A DNA stretch of 64,000 bases from Candidatus Omnitrophota bacterium (GCA_022709525.1 JAKLIQ010000006.1:66708-130707), one strand, 5' to 3'. Shown: positions 25,227 to 36,392, numbered from the stretch's first letter. The notes: generated by a model not told the origin, from the letters alone. Translations and numbers: made by a program.

Positions 25227-28010
25227 CTATCTCTCCTGTTTTCGAAGCCCGAGAGTGCTGAAGGCCCAGAAGATCGGGATGCAGCACGCCAAGAAAACGA
25301 TATCTTGCATCATAAGTCCCGGGCTAAGGCCTTTGGTGTAAGCGCCGACGCTTGAGTGCATGTAATAGGTGGTCGGCCAAATCGAGCCGATGATCCGGGC
25401 CTTCCCCATGAGCGTAGAGACCGGTTGCAGAAGGCCCGAGAACTGGATGGTCGGTGTGATCGTAAGGATCGCCGTGACAAAAACCGCCGCGACCTGACTG
25501 CTTGTGAAAATGGAGATCATCATCCCGATCCCGGTGGTGGCCGTCACATAAAGCAGCGTGGTGAAGGCCAGCAGCAGAAAACTCCCTTTGATCGGCACGC
25601 CGAAAATGACAAGCGCGATCACGACGAGGATGACAAAATTAATCAAACCGATCCCGACGTAAGGCAGCTGTTTTCCGAGAAGATATTCGAACCTTCCCGT
25701 GGGCGTGACATAAAAATTGATCATCGAGCCCAATTCTTTTTCGCGCACGATACTGACCGCCATCAGGATCGCCGGGATGAGGACGAGGAGGAGGGCGGGG
25801 ATGCTCGGGACGATGGAATAAACGCTTTCAAACGTGGGATTGTACATGTAGCGTTCTTCAAATCGAGCCGTGTCCTTCATCGGCTGCAATTGAAGCCCGG
25901 CCGCCGGATCTTTAAGCATAGTGTTATGAACCCCTTGAACATATTGAGCGACGGTTTCGCCGCGGAAGGTCATGGCGGCGTCCACTTCAGCCAGGATATC
26001 GGGCTGGGATCCTCTGCGCAAATCCCTTCCGAAATTAGGCGGCACCTCGATGACCACTGAAACTTGATCGGCTTGCAGTCTTTTTAAACCTTCCTCGGCC
26101 GACCGGACGGGCGCTGTCGGGGTAAAATAACGCGAAGTTCCGGCGAATTGCTCGAGATAAGCCCGGCTTTCGGGCGATTGATCAAGGTCAAAAGAGGCAT
26201 AGCGGATGTGTTCGATGTCGGTGGTGATACCGAAACCAAAAACGAGCATGAGCAGGGCGGACCCGATGAAGGAGAAGACCAATCGCACTGGATCGCGAAG
26301 GATCTGCATGGTTTCATTACGGGCGTAGGCGAACATCCGGCCAAGCCGCAGCTGCAAGCCGAAAGGCTGCGGCCCTTTTCGGGTCCCGGCTTCGCCCTTC
26401 GCGGCATCCGCCGCTTTTTCTTTCTTCTTTCCGGCCGCCTCATCGGCGATCGCATCTTCCATGTAGCCGATAAAAGCGTCTTCCAAATCGGCCGCTTTGC
26501 GTTTTTCGATCAATTTTTGCGGGGCGTCGCACGCCAGGACCTTTCCCGCGTTCATAAGCGAGATCCGGTCGCAGCGCATGCCTTCATTCATAAAATGCGT
26601 GGTGATAAAGATCGTGACGCCCTGTTTCCTGGAGAGATCGATCAAAAGCTCCCAAAAGCTGTCGCGCGCGACCGGGTCGACCCCCGATGTCGGCTCGTCT
26701 AAGATCAGGATCTTTGGTTCATGCAGTACGGCGACCGCCAGGGAAAGCCGTTGTTTTAAACCCATCGGCAGGGAATCCGCCAACACATCAAGATGGGGCC
26801 CCAAGCCGAATTTTTCGACCAGCTCTTTGATCCGTTCTTCCGCCTTTTTTTTAGGGATATGGTAAAGGAGGGCGTCCAGGACCAGGTTCTGGCGGACGGT
26901 CAGTTCGCCGTAAAGCGAGAACGCCTGCGTCATGTAACCGAGTTTCTTGCGCACTTCGATGCTTCCGGCTTCGACCGAACGGCCGAAAAGCGTCGCGGTC
27001 CCTTCGGTGGGCGGCAGAAGCCCCGTCAGCATCTTCATGGTCGTGGATTTACCGCAACCGTTGGAGCCGAGAAAACCGAAGATCTCGCCGCATTCGATCG
27101 AAAGGCTCACATGATCGACGGCGGTGAAGCTGCCGAAGCGCCGCGTAAGCCCCTTAGCATCGATCACAACCTCGGATCTTTCGGTCGCGAGCGGTGGAAT
27201 GGTCAACTCGGCATGCCCTTTTCGTTTTTCCTCGGGTAAAAGGCCGATGAAACATTGTTCCAGATCCTTGGTTCCGGTCCGCTTCATGAGTTCTTCCGGC
27301 GTACCGGTCGCGAGCACGCGGCCGGCATCCATCGCCACGATCCAATCCCACTTTTGCGCTTCGTCCATATAAGCGGTGGAGATAAGGACGCTCATGCCGG
27401 GATGGCTTTTGCGGATATCGCTTATCAGCGTCCAGAACTGGCGTCTGGAGAGGGGATCGACGCCCGTCGTGGGCTCATCAAGAATAAGAAGGTCGGGTTC
27501 GTGGACGAGCGCGCCGCAGAGTCCGACTTTTTGCTTCATACCTCCGGAAAGCTTGCCGGCGGGACGGTCGGCGAAAGGGCCAAGACCCGTCGCCTCAAGC
27601 AGTTCCAAAACGCGTCCGTGCCGTTCCGCCGCGGAAAGGCCGAAAAGGCGGGCCATAAAATCAACGTTATCGTAAACGCTAAGCTCCAGATAAAGATTTT
27701 TGCCAAGACCTTGCGGCATGTAAGCGATCTTGGGGCAGGCGCTGCGCCGGTGGCGCGCGCTCGCGATGTCGCCGTTTAAGACCGTGATCTTGCCTTTTTG
27801 CATTTTTTTAGACCCCGCGATCAGGGCCATAAGAGTGGACTTGCCGACGCCGTCAGGACCGATGATGCCGACCATGATCCCGCTTGGGATATCAAGCGAG
27901 ATGCCGTCTAACGCGGTAACTTTACCGTAAAGGTGAGCGACGTTCTGGATGGAAACGACAGGCTTCCCCGAAGGAGCGGCCGGGGATAACGGGGAAGCGG
28001 GGGATGTCAT
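25227..28010 (-). CDS. fused ABC ATPase-ATPase-ABC-2 permease (RbbA/YhiH-like)
   Basis: Two Walker A motifs (GPDGVGKST, GSNGCGKST), two LSGG signatures, and a C-terminal ABC-2 membrane domain; 927 aa. Confidence 0.8.
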   Translation of the reverse strand: MTSPASPLSPAAPSGKPVVSIQNVAHLYGKVTALDGISLDIPSGIMVGIIGPDGVGKSTLMALIAGSKKMQKGKITVLNGDIASARHRRSACPKIAYMPQGLGKNLYLELSVYDNVDFMARLFGLSAAERHGRVLELLEATGLGPFADRPAGKLSGGMKQKVGLCGALVHEPDLLILDEPTTGVDPLSRRQFWTLISDIRKSHPGMSVLISTAYMDEAQKWDWIVAMDAGRVLATGTPEELMKRTGTKDLEQCFIGLLPEEKRKGHAELTIPPLATERSEVVIDAKGLTRRFGSFTAVDHVSLSIECGEIFGFLGSNGCGKSTTMKMLTGLLPPTEGTATLFGRSVEAGSIEVRKKLGYMTQAFSLYGELTVRQNLVLDALLYHIPKKKAEERIKELVEKFGLGPHLDVLADSLPMGLKQRLSLAVAVLHEPKILILDEPTSGVDPVARDSFWELLIDLSRKQGVTIFITTHFMNEGMRCDRISLMNAGKVLACDAPQKLIEKRKAADLEDAFIGYMEDAIADEAAGKKKEKAADAAKGEAGTRKGPQPFGLQLRLGRMFAYARNETMQILRDPVRLVFSFIGSALLMLVFGFGITTDIEHIRYASFDLDQSPESRAYLEQFAGTSRYFTPTAPVRSAEEGLKRLQADQVSVVIEVPPNFGRDLRRGSQPDILAEVDAAMTFRGETVAQYVQGVHNTMLKDPAAGLQLQPMKDTARFEERYMYNPTFESVYSIVPSIPALLLVLIPAILMAVSIVREKELGSMINFYVTPTGRFEYLLGKQLPYVGIGLINFVILVVIALVIFGVPIKGSFLLLAFTTLLYVTATTGIGMMISIFTSSQVAAVFVTAILTITPTIQFSGLLQPVSTLMGKARIIGSIWPTTYYMHSSVGAYTKGLSPGLMMQDIVFLACCIPIFWAFSTLGLRKQER

Positions 28011-28018
28011 CGCGCGTT

Positions 28019-29041
28019 TTACTTTTTATCCGGTTGCTCCGCCGGATCGGCAAAACGTTTTTCAAGCCAGCTTGGCCAGACGGCCGAATCCTTTATTTTG
28101 ACGTATCCAACGCCGCGGATGCCCGTTTTCACGCGGTCCACATGGGCGGAAACCAGTTCTTTGGGCACCTGGATCTTGACGCGGAACATGAGCTTGTCCC
28201 GCTCGCTTTTCGTTTCGACCTGTTTCGGAGTGAATTGCGCTTCCGGCGAAACAAAACTCACATAACCGGGCGCCGCACGGCCGGGAGCAAAATCCACCGT
28301 GATCCTGGCGTCGGTACCGACCTTAAGTCCCGCGGCTTCTTCCGAAGGAAGGTAGATCTCCATGTAAACGTCTTCCAGATTGACGAGAGTAAGCGCCTTT
28401 CCTCCCGCCGCAAGCATTTCTCCCGGTTCCGCCAGACGATAGAGAACTCTTCCAAGCACGGGGGACTTGAGCGTTGCGTCATCAATATGGGTTTGGATCG
28501 TTGCCACGCTTGCTTTTGCGACTTCCACCTCCGCTTTGGCCGTAGCAAGCTTTGCTTCTTCTTCCGAGAGGGCGGCTTTGGCCGTTGCCAACTGCGTGGT
28601 GCGGGTATCAAGCTCGCGTTGCGCAATGGCGTTTTCTTTGACAAGTTTCAGATCGCGGTCGTATTCGATCTGGGCGTTCTCGACCAGGCTCTTCTGTTTG
28701 ACGACGGCGAAATTGGCGCTTGCCACGCGTTCTTCCGCGCTAGCGACCCTTAAAGTAGCTTCAGCCAACTGAGCGTCAAAGGTCGCGGTGTCCAGGCGCA
28801 CCAATACTTCGCCCGGCTTGACCAGATCGCCTTCATCCACAAGGATCTCTTTGACCCGCAAGGCGTCTTTGGCGACAGCGTCCACCAGCTTGGCTTCAAT
28901 GCGGCCGTTCCCCGAAACGATCCCTTTTGGCAGCGTGGACTGCTGTTCTTTCCAATATTGATAGCTGAAGAACGCGATCGCGCCGATCGCGGCAAGGAAG
29001 ACAAGCCATTTTAGCAAACTTTTCGAGATCATTTTGGGCAT
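28019..29041 (-). CDS. HlyD-family membrane fusion/secretion protein (YhiI-like)
   Basis: N-terminal TM anchor, coiled-coil segments and a lipoyl-like beta domain. First gene of the HlyD-RbbA-YhhJ operon. Confidence 0.8.
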   Translation of the reverse strand: MPKMISKSLLKWLVFLAAIGAIAFFSYQYWKEQQSTLPKGIVSGNGRIEAKLVDAVAKDALRVKEILVDEGDLVKPGEVLVRLDTATFDAQLAEATLRVASAEERVASANFAVVKQKSLVENAQIEYDRDLKLVKENAIAQRELDTRTTQLATAKAALSEEEAKLATAKAEVEVAKASVATIQTHIDDATLKSPVLGRVLYRLAEPGEMLAAGGKALTLVNLEDVYMEIYLPSEEAAGLKVGTDARITVDFAPGRAAPGYVSFVSPEAQFTPKQVETKSERDKLMFRVKIQVPKELVSAHVDRVKTGIRGVGYVKIKDSAVWPSWLEKRFADPAEQPDKK

Positions 29042-29264
29042 AGAGAGTTCTCCGAAAGTTGACGGCTGAAAAAAACCGAACGAGCGATATTATGCCCTTA
29101 AATAGTATGAAGTAAATATTTTTCATGATTACCCGCCTTTAGGTTCAGGAACACTCCAGGCCGCGCGAAAGCTTTCCGATAGCGCTTGACCTTCTCGCGG
29201 GAGCAAAGGAAAATATCACGCTTAAAATCTTAACGCATAAACGTAGAGCAAGGGTTTACACAAA

Positions 29265-31970
29265 ATGAAAAACAAGACGGTCTTTCCGGAAAAAAAATGG
29301 CATAGTTTGGAGACTTCCGAAATCCTGGGTCAGTTAGAGGTTTCTGCGGAACAGGGGCTGAGCACGGAAGAGGTTAAAAAGCGCCAGGAGCTTTACGGGT
29401 TGAATGTTCTGACCCCCAAAAAAGGGAAACCCGCATGGCTTCGTTTCCTACTCCAGTTCCACCAGCCGCTTGTTTATATCCTTTTGGCCGCGGCGCTTGT
29501 CACGTTGGTCCTCAAGGAGTGGGTCGATAGCTCGGTGATCTTCGGCGTGGTGTTGATCAATTCGATCGTGGGGTTCCTTCAGGAATCCAAGGCGATCAAC
29601 GCCCTGGCCGCTCTGGCCCGCTCCATGACCACTCAAGCCACAGTGTTGCGCGACGGCGCTGAAAAAAGCGTCCCGTCAACGGAACTCGTTCCGGGAGACA
29701 TCGTACTCATTCACTCGGGGGATAAAGTCCCCGCGGATATGCGCGTTCTGAAGGTGCGGGAACTTCAGGTCAATGAATCCGCCCTGACGGGAGAATCGGT
29801 CCCGGTCGAAAAAAAGCCGGACGTTCTCGCCGAAGGCGTGGTGCTCGCCGACCGTATGAACATGCTTTACACCTCCGGGCTTGTCACTTACGGGCAAGGA
29901 CGGGCGCTCGTGGTGGCGACCGGCGATTCTACGGAAGTGGGAAGGATCTCGGAGATGATCTCTTCGGCCGATGACCTTGCTACGCCGCTCACAAAAAAGA
30001 TCGCGCATTTCAGTCATTTTCTCCTTTATGTGATCCTCGGAATGGCCGCGCTGACCTTTCTTGTCGGGCTGCTGCGAGGCCAGCCCGCCGTGGAAATGTT
30101 CATGGCGGCTGTGGCACTGGCGGTCGGCGCGATCCCGGAAGGGCTTCCCGCCGCAGTCACGATCACGCTCGCGATCGGTGTGTCGCGTATGGCAAAACGG
30201 CGGGCCATCATCCGCAAGCTTCCGGCCGTCGAAACGCTCGGCAGCACCATGATCATCTGTTCGGACAAAACGGGGACCCTGACCGAAAACCAAATGACGG
30301 TGCAGGAGGTTTTTTCCGGCGGCTTTTTTTATACGGTCATCGGTTCGGGATATCAGCCGAAAGGAGAATTTTTTTCGGAAGGAAAACCGGTGGATCCTTT
30401 GAGGTCCGGGCCGTTAAAGGAATGTCTTACCGCCGGTTTTCTCTGCAATACCGCGCGGCTTGCTGAAAAGAACGGACGTTACGAGATCGAAGGCGACCCT
30501 ACGGAGGGGGCCCTGATCGTTTCGGCCCGGAAGGCCGGGATCGATGAAGCCGCCGTCGGGATTTTAATAAAAAAAATAGACACCGTTCCTTTTGAATCGG
30601 CCTACCAATATATGGCGACACTGCATCAAACCGGCGAAGGGAAAGATCGCTCGGTGTTCATGAAAGGTTCCGTGGAGCGCGTTCTTGACCGTTGCGCGGA
30701 CTCCTTCGACAAGCAAGACGTGCTGGCTAAAGCGGAAGCCATGGCTTCCAAGGGACTGCGGGTACTTGCCTTCGCGAAAAAAGAAATGCCGGCCACGACG
30801 GAAACTATCGGGCACGCGGACCTTCAAGCGATGACCTTTCTCGGGCTTCAGGGCATGATCGATCCTCCGAGGCAGGAAGCCATCACGGCCGTTCGCAGCT
30901 GCTACGCGGCGGGCATGCAGGTCAAGATGATCACGGGTGATCATGTGTTAACGGCCGCAGCAATCGCCAAACAACTCGGCCTTCGCTCTGCGGGGGATGA
31001 CGCCTCTTTAGGACTCGCGGCCTTTTCCGGGAAACAACTCGAAGATCTAAACGATGAAGCGTTCACCCGCGCTGCGGCGGGCGGTTCGGTGTTCGCGCGC
31101 GTCACGCCGGAACAAAAACTGAGACTCGTCAAAACGCTCCAATCCCTCGGGAATATTGTGGCGATGACGGGAGACGGGGTCAATGACGCCCCGGCGCTCA
31201 AACAAGCCAACATCGGGATCGCGATGGGGATCACCGGTACGGAGGTGGCCAAAGAAGCGGCCGATATGGTCCTGACGGATGATAATTTCGCGTCGATCGA
31301 GGCCGCCGTCGAAGAAGGACGCTGTGTTTTCGACAATCTGAAAAAATTCATCGTTTGGTCCCTGCCAACCAACCTGGGAGAAGGCCTCTCGATCCTCCTG
31401 GCGATCTTCCTCGGGACGGAGCTTCCGATCCTTCCGGTCCAGATCCTCTGGGTGAACATGACGACCGCCATTTTTCTGGGCATGATGCTTGCTTTCGAGC
31501 CCAAGGAGCCGGACATTATGCGAAAACCCCCGCAAAACCCTAAATTGCCGATCATGACAGGAGACGTTGTGATCCGGACGCTTTATGTCGGACTGTTGCT
31601 TGTGGGCGGCGTTTTCGGCCTTTTTAAATACGCGTTAGCGCAAGGCGCTTCGCTCGCGGAAGCCAGGACCGTCGCGACCACGATGCTTGTTATGGGGGAA
31701 TTTTTCTATCTTTTTAACTGCCGGTCCCTGACGCGTTCGATGTTCTCGATCGGGGTTTTTTCCAACCCCTGGATCTGGATCGGCTGCGCGCTCATGATCG
31801 CTACCCAGTTACTTTTCATCCATGCGCCCTTTATGAACCAAATGTTCCATAGCGCGCCCATGCCGCTGATCGAATGGGAAGAGATCCTGGGCGTGTGTCT
31901 TTTGATCTCCGTTGTGGTGGGGGCCGAAAAATATATACGATTCGGACGGAAAGCTTCCGCCCGGAAATGA
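29265..31970 (+). CDS. P-type cation-transporting ATPase (P2-type, Ca2+-ATPase-like)
   Basis: ICSDKTGTLT phosphorylation site, TGDGVNDAPALK, and an N-terminal cation_ATPase_N domain; 901 aa. Confidence 0.9.
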   Translation: MKNKTVFPEKKWHSLETSEILGQLEVSAEQGLSTEEVKKRQELYGLNVLTPKKGKPAWLRFLLQFHQPLVYILLAAALVTLVLKEWVDSSVIFGVVLINSIVGFLQESKAINALAALARSMTTQATVLRDGAEKSVPSTELVPGDIVLIHSGDKVPADMRVLKVRELQVNESALTGESVPVEKKPDVLAEGVVLADRMNMLYTSGLVTYGQGRALVVATGDSTEVGRISEMISSADDLATPLTKKIAHFSHFLLYVILGMAALTFLVGLLRGQPAVEMFMAAVALAVGAIPEGLPAAVTITLAIGVSRMAKRRAIIRKLPAVETLGSTMIICSDKTGTLTENQMTVQEVFSGGFFYTVIGSGYQPKGEFFSEGKPVDPLRSGPLKECLTAGFLCNTARLAEKNGRYEIEGDPTEGALIVSARKAGIDEAAVGILIKKIDTVPFESAYQYMATLHQTGEGKDRSVFMKGSVERVLDRCADSFDKQDVLAKAEAMASKGLRVLAFAKKEMPATTETIGHADLQAMTFLGLQGMIDPPRQEAITAVRSCYAAGMQVKMITGDHVLTAAAIAKQLGLRSAGDDASLGLAAFSGKQLEDLNDEAFTRAAAGGSVFARVTPEQKLRLVKTLQSLGNIVAMTGDGVNDAPALKQANIGIAMGITGTEVAKEAADMVLTDDNFASIEAAVEEGRCVFDNLKKFIVWSLPTNLGEGLSILLAIFLGTELPILPVQILWVNMTTAIFLGMMLAFEPKEPDIMRKPPQNPKLPIMTGDVVIRTLYVGLLLVGGVFGLFKYALAQGASLAEARTVATTMLVMGEFFYLFNCRSLTRSMFSIGVFSNPWIWIGCALMIATQLLFIHAPFMNQMFHSAPMPLIEWEEILGVCLLISVVVGAEKYIRFGRKASARK

Positions 31971-32019
31971 ACGCGAAGGCGTGATATCGCCTTAATTTTA
32001 AAAAAACGCGGAATAAAAT

Positions 32020-33510
32020 ATGTTCGATGTTTCATGGTCGATCACGACAGAACAGGTTCTTTTGGCGGCCGCGTGCCTTCTCTTCCTCGGCGTCCTTTCA
32101 AGCAAGCTTTCCGATCGGTTCAGCATTCCTTCGCTTGTTCTGTTCATGGGGATCGGGATGCTGGCGGGCTCCGAAGGGATCGGCGGCATTGATTTCAATA
32201 ACGCAGCTCTCGCCAAAACCATCGGGGTCATCGCGCTTTCCTTCATTCTTTTTTCCGGAGGCCTTGAGACGGATTTCCGGGAGGCGAAACGCGTTTTCGC
32301 CAAAGGGATCACGCTTTCCACGCTCGGCGTTCTGATCACCGCCGGCGTGGTCGGTGTTTTCGCCTCGTGGATCTTCCGGATCCCCGTCAAGGAAGGGCTG
32401 CTACTCGGGGCGATCATTTCTTCCACGGATGCCGCCGCAGTTTTCTCCATTTTGCGTTCAAAGAACATAAGCTTGAAAGGACAGCTTCGCCCGCTCTTGG
32501 AGCTGGAGTCCGGAAGCAACGATCCGATGGCGGTTTTTTTGACCCTCGGCATGATCCAGCTGATCCAGCACGACGCCATGCCGTGGCATTTCCTGATCGG
32601 TATGTTTCTCAGGCAGATGGCCCTTGGTTTTATCGTCGGGTGGGCTGTCGCGGAAATTTTTCTTAGGATCATCAAGCGCTTAAGGTTAGAGTATGAAGGA
32701 CTGTACGCTGCGTTGACGTTTTCCGTCGTGTTGCTTGCCTACGGCGCCGCGGAAACGGCCGGAGGCAACGGCTTTTTGTCGGTCTACCTTGTCGGCCTTC
32801 TTCTCTCCCGGAAAGATTTTTTCTATAAAAGGAATCTCGTACGTTTTCATGCCGGGCTGGCCTGGCTGATGCAGATCACGATGTTCGTGACGCTGGGATT
32901 GCTTGTTTTCCCATCCCAGCTTGTGCCGATCGCCTGGGGCGGGATCGCGACAGCCCTTGTGCTTTTCTTTGTCGCGAGGCCCGTGAGTATTTTCTTATGC
33001 CTGCCCTTCGACCGGTTCCGGGAAAAACTGATGATCTCCTGGGTCGGCCTGCGCGGCGCGGCGCCGATCGTGCTGGCCACGTTCCCGCTTCTGGCGAAAG
33101 TCTCGAATTCCGAACTGATCTTTGATGTCGTGTTTTTTGTCGTGCTTGTTTCCGTGTTGATCCAGGGGACGAGTATTCCGGTTATTTCCAAATGGCTTCG
33201 ACTGCACGCGCCTCTTCAGCGTCGGCCCCGCTATCCGCTTGAATTCGAACAGCACGAAGGGGTGGATGCCGAGCTTCTGGAATTTTTCGTTCCCTACGGC
33301 GGAAAGATCTCCGGAAAAAGGCTTTACGATCTGAATTTCCCGCAAGACAGCCTCGCGGTACTTGTCGGCCGAAACGATAAATTCATCGTCGCGAAAGGGA
33401 ACACGCTTCTGGAGGACGGCGATGTAGTGCTGGTGCTCGTCGGAAAAAAAGATATCGAGGCGGTTAAAGAGATCTTTGGCCAAGTCAAAGAAAAAAAGAC
33501 TTCCGCCTAA
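32020..33510 (+). CDS. K+/H+ (or Na+/H+) antiporter NhaP2-type (CPA1) with C-terminal TrkA-C domain
   Basis: CPA1 membrane core (LFMGIGMLAGSEGIGGIDFNN...) plus a C-terminal regulatory domain (VLVGRNDKFIVAKGNTLLEDGDVVLVLVG). Confidence 0.8.
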   Translation: MFDVSWSITTEQVLLAAACLLFLGVLSSKLSDRFSIPSLVLFMGIGMLAGSEGIGGIDFNNAALAKTIGVIALSFILFSGGLETDFREAKRVFAKGITLSTLGVLITAGVVGVFASWIFRIPVKEGLLLGAIISSTDAAAVFSILRSKNISLKGQLRPLLELESGSNDPMAVFLTLGMIQLIQHDAMPWHFLIGMFLRQMALGFIVGWAVAEIFLRIIKRLRLEYEGLYAALTFSVVLLAYGAAETAGGNGFLSVYLVGLLLSRKDFFYKRNLVRFHAGLAWLMQITMFVTLGLLVFPSQLVPIAWGGIATALVLFFVARPVSIFLCLPFDRFREKLMISWVGLRGAAPIVLATFPLLAKVSNSELIFDVVFFVVLVSVLIQGTSIPVISKWLRLHAPLQRRPRYPLEFEQHEGVDAELLEFFVPYGGKISGKRLYDLNFPQDSLAVLVGRNDKFIVAKGNTLLEDGDVVLVLVGKKDIEAVKEIFGQVKEKKTSA

Positions 33511-33587
33511 GCGAAAAAGAACCGATCTTGCCGGGGTTTTTATTTTAAGAAGAATTTTTTAAGAAAGATTTTTTGAGGAATATTTCT

Positions 33588-34550
33588 ATGGCCTTACAAA
33601 AAAATGACCAGGCATTAATGCTAAAAGCGGCTCAAATCAGCCTCTTTGGGAATATCATTCTTTTTACCGCGAAGTTTACCGCGTTGCTCCTTGTCCGTTC
33701 GCTCGCCATCGCGACCGACCTCGGCATTACCGTAGCCGGGCTCGTTGTTTCCGTTATTCTTTATCATGCCGTCAAAGTTTCCAACCGCCCGGCGGATTTT
33801 TCGCACAATTACGGTTATGGAAAGATCGAGCATATCTGCGAGGCGGTCGAGGGGATCGTTCTGATCGGGATCGCTCTTGTGATGTCCGTTCAGGCCGCGA
33901 TCCATATCGCGCACCCTTTCGAGATCGGGACGCCGTGGCTGGGTTTCGGGTTCAGCGTTTTTAGCGCCGCTGTCAATTTTATCGGCGCGGCATGGATCCT
34001 TTCTTTGGCGGCCGATTGCCGTTCGCCCGCAGTCCGCGCCGAGGGCGTTCATTACCAGCTCGAAGGATGCATCTCTTCGACCATCGCGGCCGCGTTCCTT
34101 CTCGCGGTTTTTTTGATGCCGACCCCTTTGAAACGGTGGACGGTCTATCTGGATCCTTTCGCCACGCTTGTGGTAAGCGCATGGATCGCCTTCCCTTCTT
34201 TTCAGATGGCCCGCCATGCCTTTCTGAAACTCTTGGACGCTTCGCTGGAAGAGGGAAGCAAGCTCGAGGTCATGAAGCAACTTGGAAAATACCTGGGGCG
34301 GTGCTGTGAATTCCGCGATATTCGCAGCCGGAATTCGGGACGGAAAAAATTCGTCGAATGCAGCGTGGTCTTGCCGCGCGGCATGCCTTTTCCCGAAGCG
34401 CATCATATCGCCGACGAGATCGAACGCGATCTGCGCGACAGTATCCCGGAATGCGAGGCGGCGGTCCGTATTATTCCGTGCGCTGAAGACTGCGCCTTGC
34501 TCGCTTCTTCTCAAAAATGCCCTTATTTTTTTGGCGGAAGATCCTCCTAG
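33588..34550 (+). CDS. cation diffusion facilitator (CDF) family metal efflux protein
   Basis: 6-TM N-terminal domain with HxxxD-type sites and a C-terminal cytoplasmic domain. ATG at 33588 has a GAGGA RBS; the track's TTG at 33573 is less likely. Confidence 0.75.
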   Translation: MALQKNDQALMLKAAQISLFGNIILFTAKFTALLLVRSLAIATDLGITVAGLVVSVILYHAVKVSNRPADFSHNYGYGKIEHICEAVEGIVLIGIALVMSVQAAIHIAHPFEIGTPWLGFGFSVFSAAVNFIGAAWILSLAADCRSPAVRAEGVHYQLEGCISSTIAAAFLLAVFLMPTPLKRWTVYLDPFATLVVSAWIAFPSFQMARHAFLKLLDASLEEGSKLEVMKQLGKYLGRCCEFRDIRSRNSGRKKFVECSVVLPRGMPFPEAHHIADEIERDLRDSIPECEAAVRIIPCAEDCALLASSQKCPYFFGGRSS

Positions 34551-34563
34551 GCGCGTTCAAGCC

Positions 34564-34863
34564 ATGAAAGACCGGGCAACGGCGCATATCGGGGTTTTGA
34601 CGGCGGAATTTTTTATTCCGGAAGCCCATTCCCTCAAAGAAAAACGCTTTGTCTTGAACAGTCTTCGCGACCGCATCCGCAACGAGTTCAATGCCTCGTC
34701 GGCTGAAATCGGCTACCGGGACAAATGGCAACGTTCCGAGTGGGTCTTTTGTTTCGCGGGTTCCGACAAAACTTATCTTGAGGGCGCGATCGGGAAGCTT
34801 CTCGACTTCCTGCGTTCGGGCCGTCACGCTTCCCTGATCGACCACCACGTCGAATTCCTCTAG
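34564..34863 (+). CDS. DUF503 (YlxP-like) family small protein
   Basis: MKDRATAHIGVLTAEFFIPEAHSLKEKRFVLNSLRDRIRNEFN...; the FxIPxAHSLKEKR block is characteristic of this family. The upstream part of the longer track ORF overlaps the CDF gene out of context. Confidence 0.55.
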   Translation: MKDRATAHIGVLTAEFFIPEAHSLKEKRFVLNSLRDRIRNEFNASSAEIGYRDKWQRSEWVFCFAGSDKTYLEGAIGKLLDFLRSGRHASLIDHHVEFL

Positions 34864-35050
34864 CCGCACACTGCCGCTAAAAAATCCTTGCAAGAATAGA
34901 TAGCTTTTCCGACCAGCGCCGGGAGCTTCAAGCTTCCGGCGTTTTTTGTCGATAGTCCTTCTAGCATCGATCGTAAAAAATACTTTTGAAATCCGCCGGT
35001 ATCGGATATTCTTATAAGCGAACTGGTAGCCATTCTCCAAAGGGTTCCGC

Positions 35051-36379
35051 ATGACAGGTTTAAGATCGTTTAAGCACATCGGTTTTTTTCTGATTTTTGT
35101 CTTCGGATTTGTCGCCATCGGATCCGCCGCCGAAAAAGACGCCGAACGTTATGCCCCGGTCTATACCGAACCCCTGACCTCCCGATCGCTTAAAGACCCT
35201 CTTTCCGCCCTTTTAGAGCTTCCGTTCCGGCTCATCAAGTACCCGATGGACAAAGGCCTTATTTTCACCGAGAACCACCGTCTCGATAAGAAGACCCTGT
35301 GGGTCTATGAACGGATGGTGGAAAAAGGGTTCACGCCTCTTTTGGGCGGTTCGGAGACGACCCTCATCCCTTACTATGGCGGCGAGTTCAATCTCATGGC
35401 GATCGCGAAGCAAAAAGAAAAATATCCCGACTTTATCGCGACCGCCACCATCATGCACGGCCCGACCGCGTTTTTTCTTGTCGGGTCCGAGGTCGGCGCC
35501 CAGAGGATCGCCGGCACCGGGCTCCACGCGGGAGGTCTTTTTCAATATCACATGCGCGAGAAAGAACCCTTTTACGGGATCGGCCCTAAAACAAGCCGCG
35601 GTGAAGGAACCTCCTTCAAAATGGAAACGACCCAACTGACCGCAAACGCCGGATATAATTTTTCCCCCTCCATTGACCTTTCAGGCGCTTTTACTTATAG
35701 GAATGTCAATATCACCAATCGCGAACACGACGGCAAGGGGGATATCACAAAGATCTTTGCCAACGAGGTCATTCCCGGTCTTAATGGGGAACGCCTGCTC
35801 AGTTACGAAGCGGCTTTAAGCCGGGATACGCGCGACAGCAGGGATCAAGCGTCGAAAGGAAGTTATCAAAAGTTTCTCTTTAAATACACGGACGGGACCG
35901 ATCATTCTTCCGCGCGTTATTTCACTTATCTGGTCGACATGGCCAAATATTTTCAGATAGCGTCGCCGCGCCGCGTCCTTGTGCCGCGTTTTTTCATGGA
36001 ATACAATCAGCAGATCGACGGCGGGACCGTTCCCTTCTTTGAGATGGCCAAACTCGGAAGTTCCGGAACGTTCCCGACACGAAGCCAGACGGCGCGGGCT
36101 TTTGTCTACAACCGTTTTTACGCCGAAGGCGCGATGCTGCTTAACCTCGAATACCGCTATACGGTCATGCAATACAAGGACTTCAAACTGAACACCGCTC
36201 TTTTCGTGGATGAGGGGCAGGTCTTCAGCGATTTCGGCAAGATCGCCATGAAATATTTCAAGACATCCTACGGTGTCGGTTTTTATCTCAGTTACGCCAA
36301 GACGACCCTTTTGGCGTTTTCGGTCGCGCACGGGAACGAAGGTACGCAATTTTATATCGATAACAAGATCGCGTTCTGA
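35051..36379 (+). CDS. outer-membrane beta-barrel protein (Omp85/bacterial-surface-antigen-like C-terminus)
   Basis: Signal peptide, alternating beta-strand pattern, and a C-terminal aromatic residue (...YIDNKIAF). Confidence 0.45.
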   Translation: MTGLRSFKHIGFFLIFVFGFVAIGSAAEKDAERYAPVYTEPLTSRSLKDPLSALLELPFRLIKYPMDKGLIFTENHRLDKKTLWVYERMVEKGFTPLLGGSETTLIPYYGGEFNLMAIAKQKEKYPDFIATATIMHGPTAFFLVGSEVGAQRIAGTGLHAGGLFQYHMREKEPFYGIGPKTSRGEGTSFKMETTQLTANAGYNFSPSIDLSGAFTYRNVNITNREHDGKGDITKIFANEVIPGLNGERLLSYEAALSRDTRDSRDQASKGSYQKFLFKYTDGTDHSSARYFTYLVDMAKYFQIASPRRVLVPRFFMEYNQQIDGGTVPFFEMAKLGSSGTFPTRSQTARAFVYNRFYAEGAMLLNLEYRYTVMQYKDFKLNTALFVDEGQVFSDFGKIAMKYFKTSYGVGFYLSYAKTTLLAFSVAHGNEGTQFYIDNKIAF

Positions 36380-36392
36380 TGAAGGAAAGACG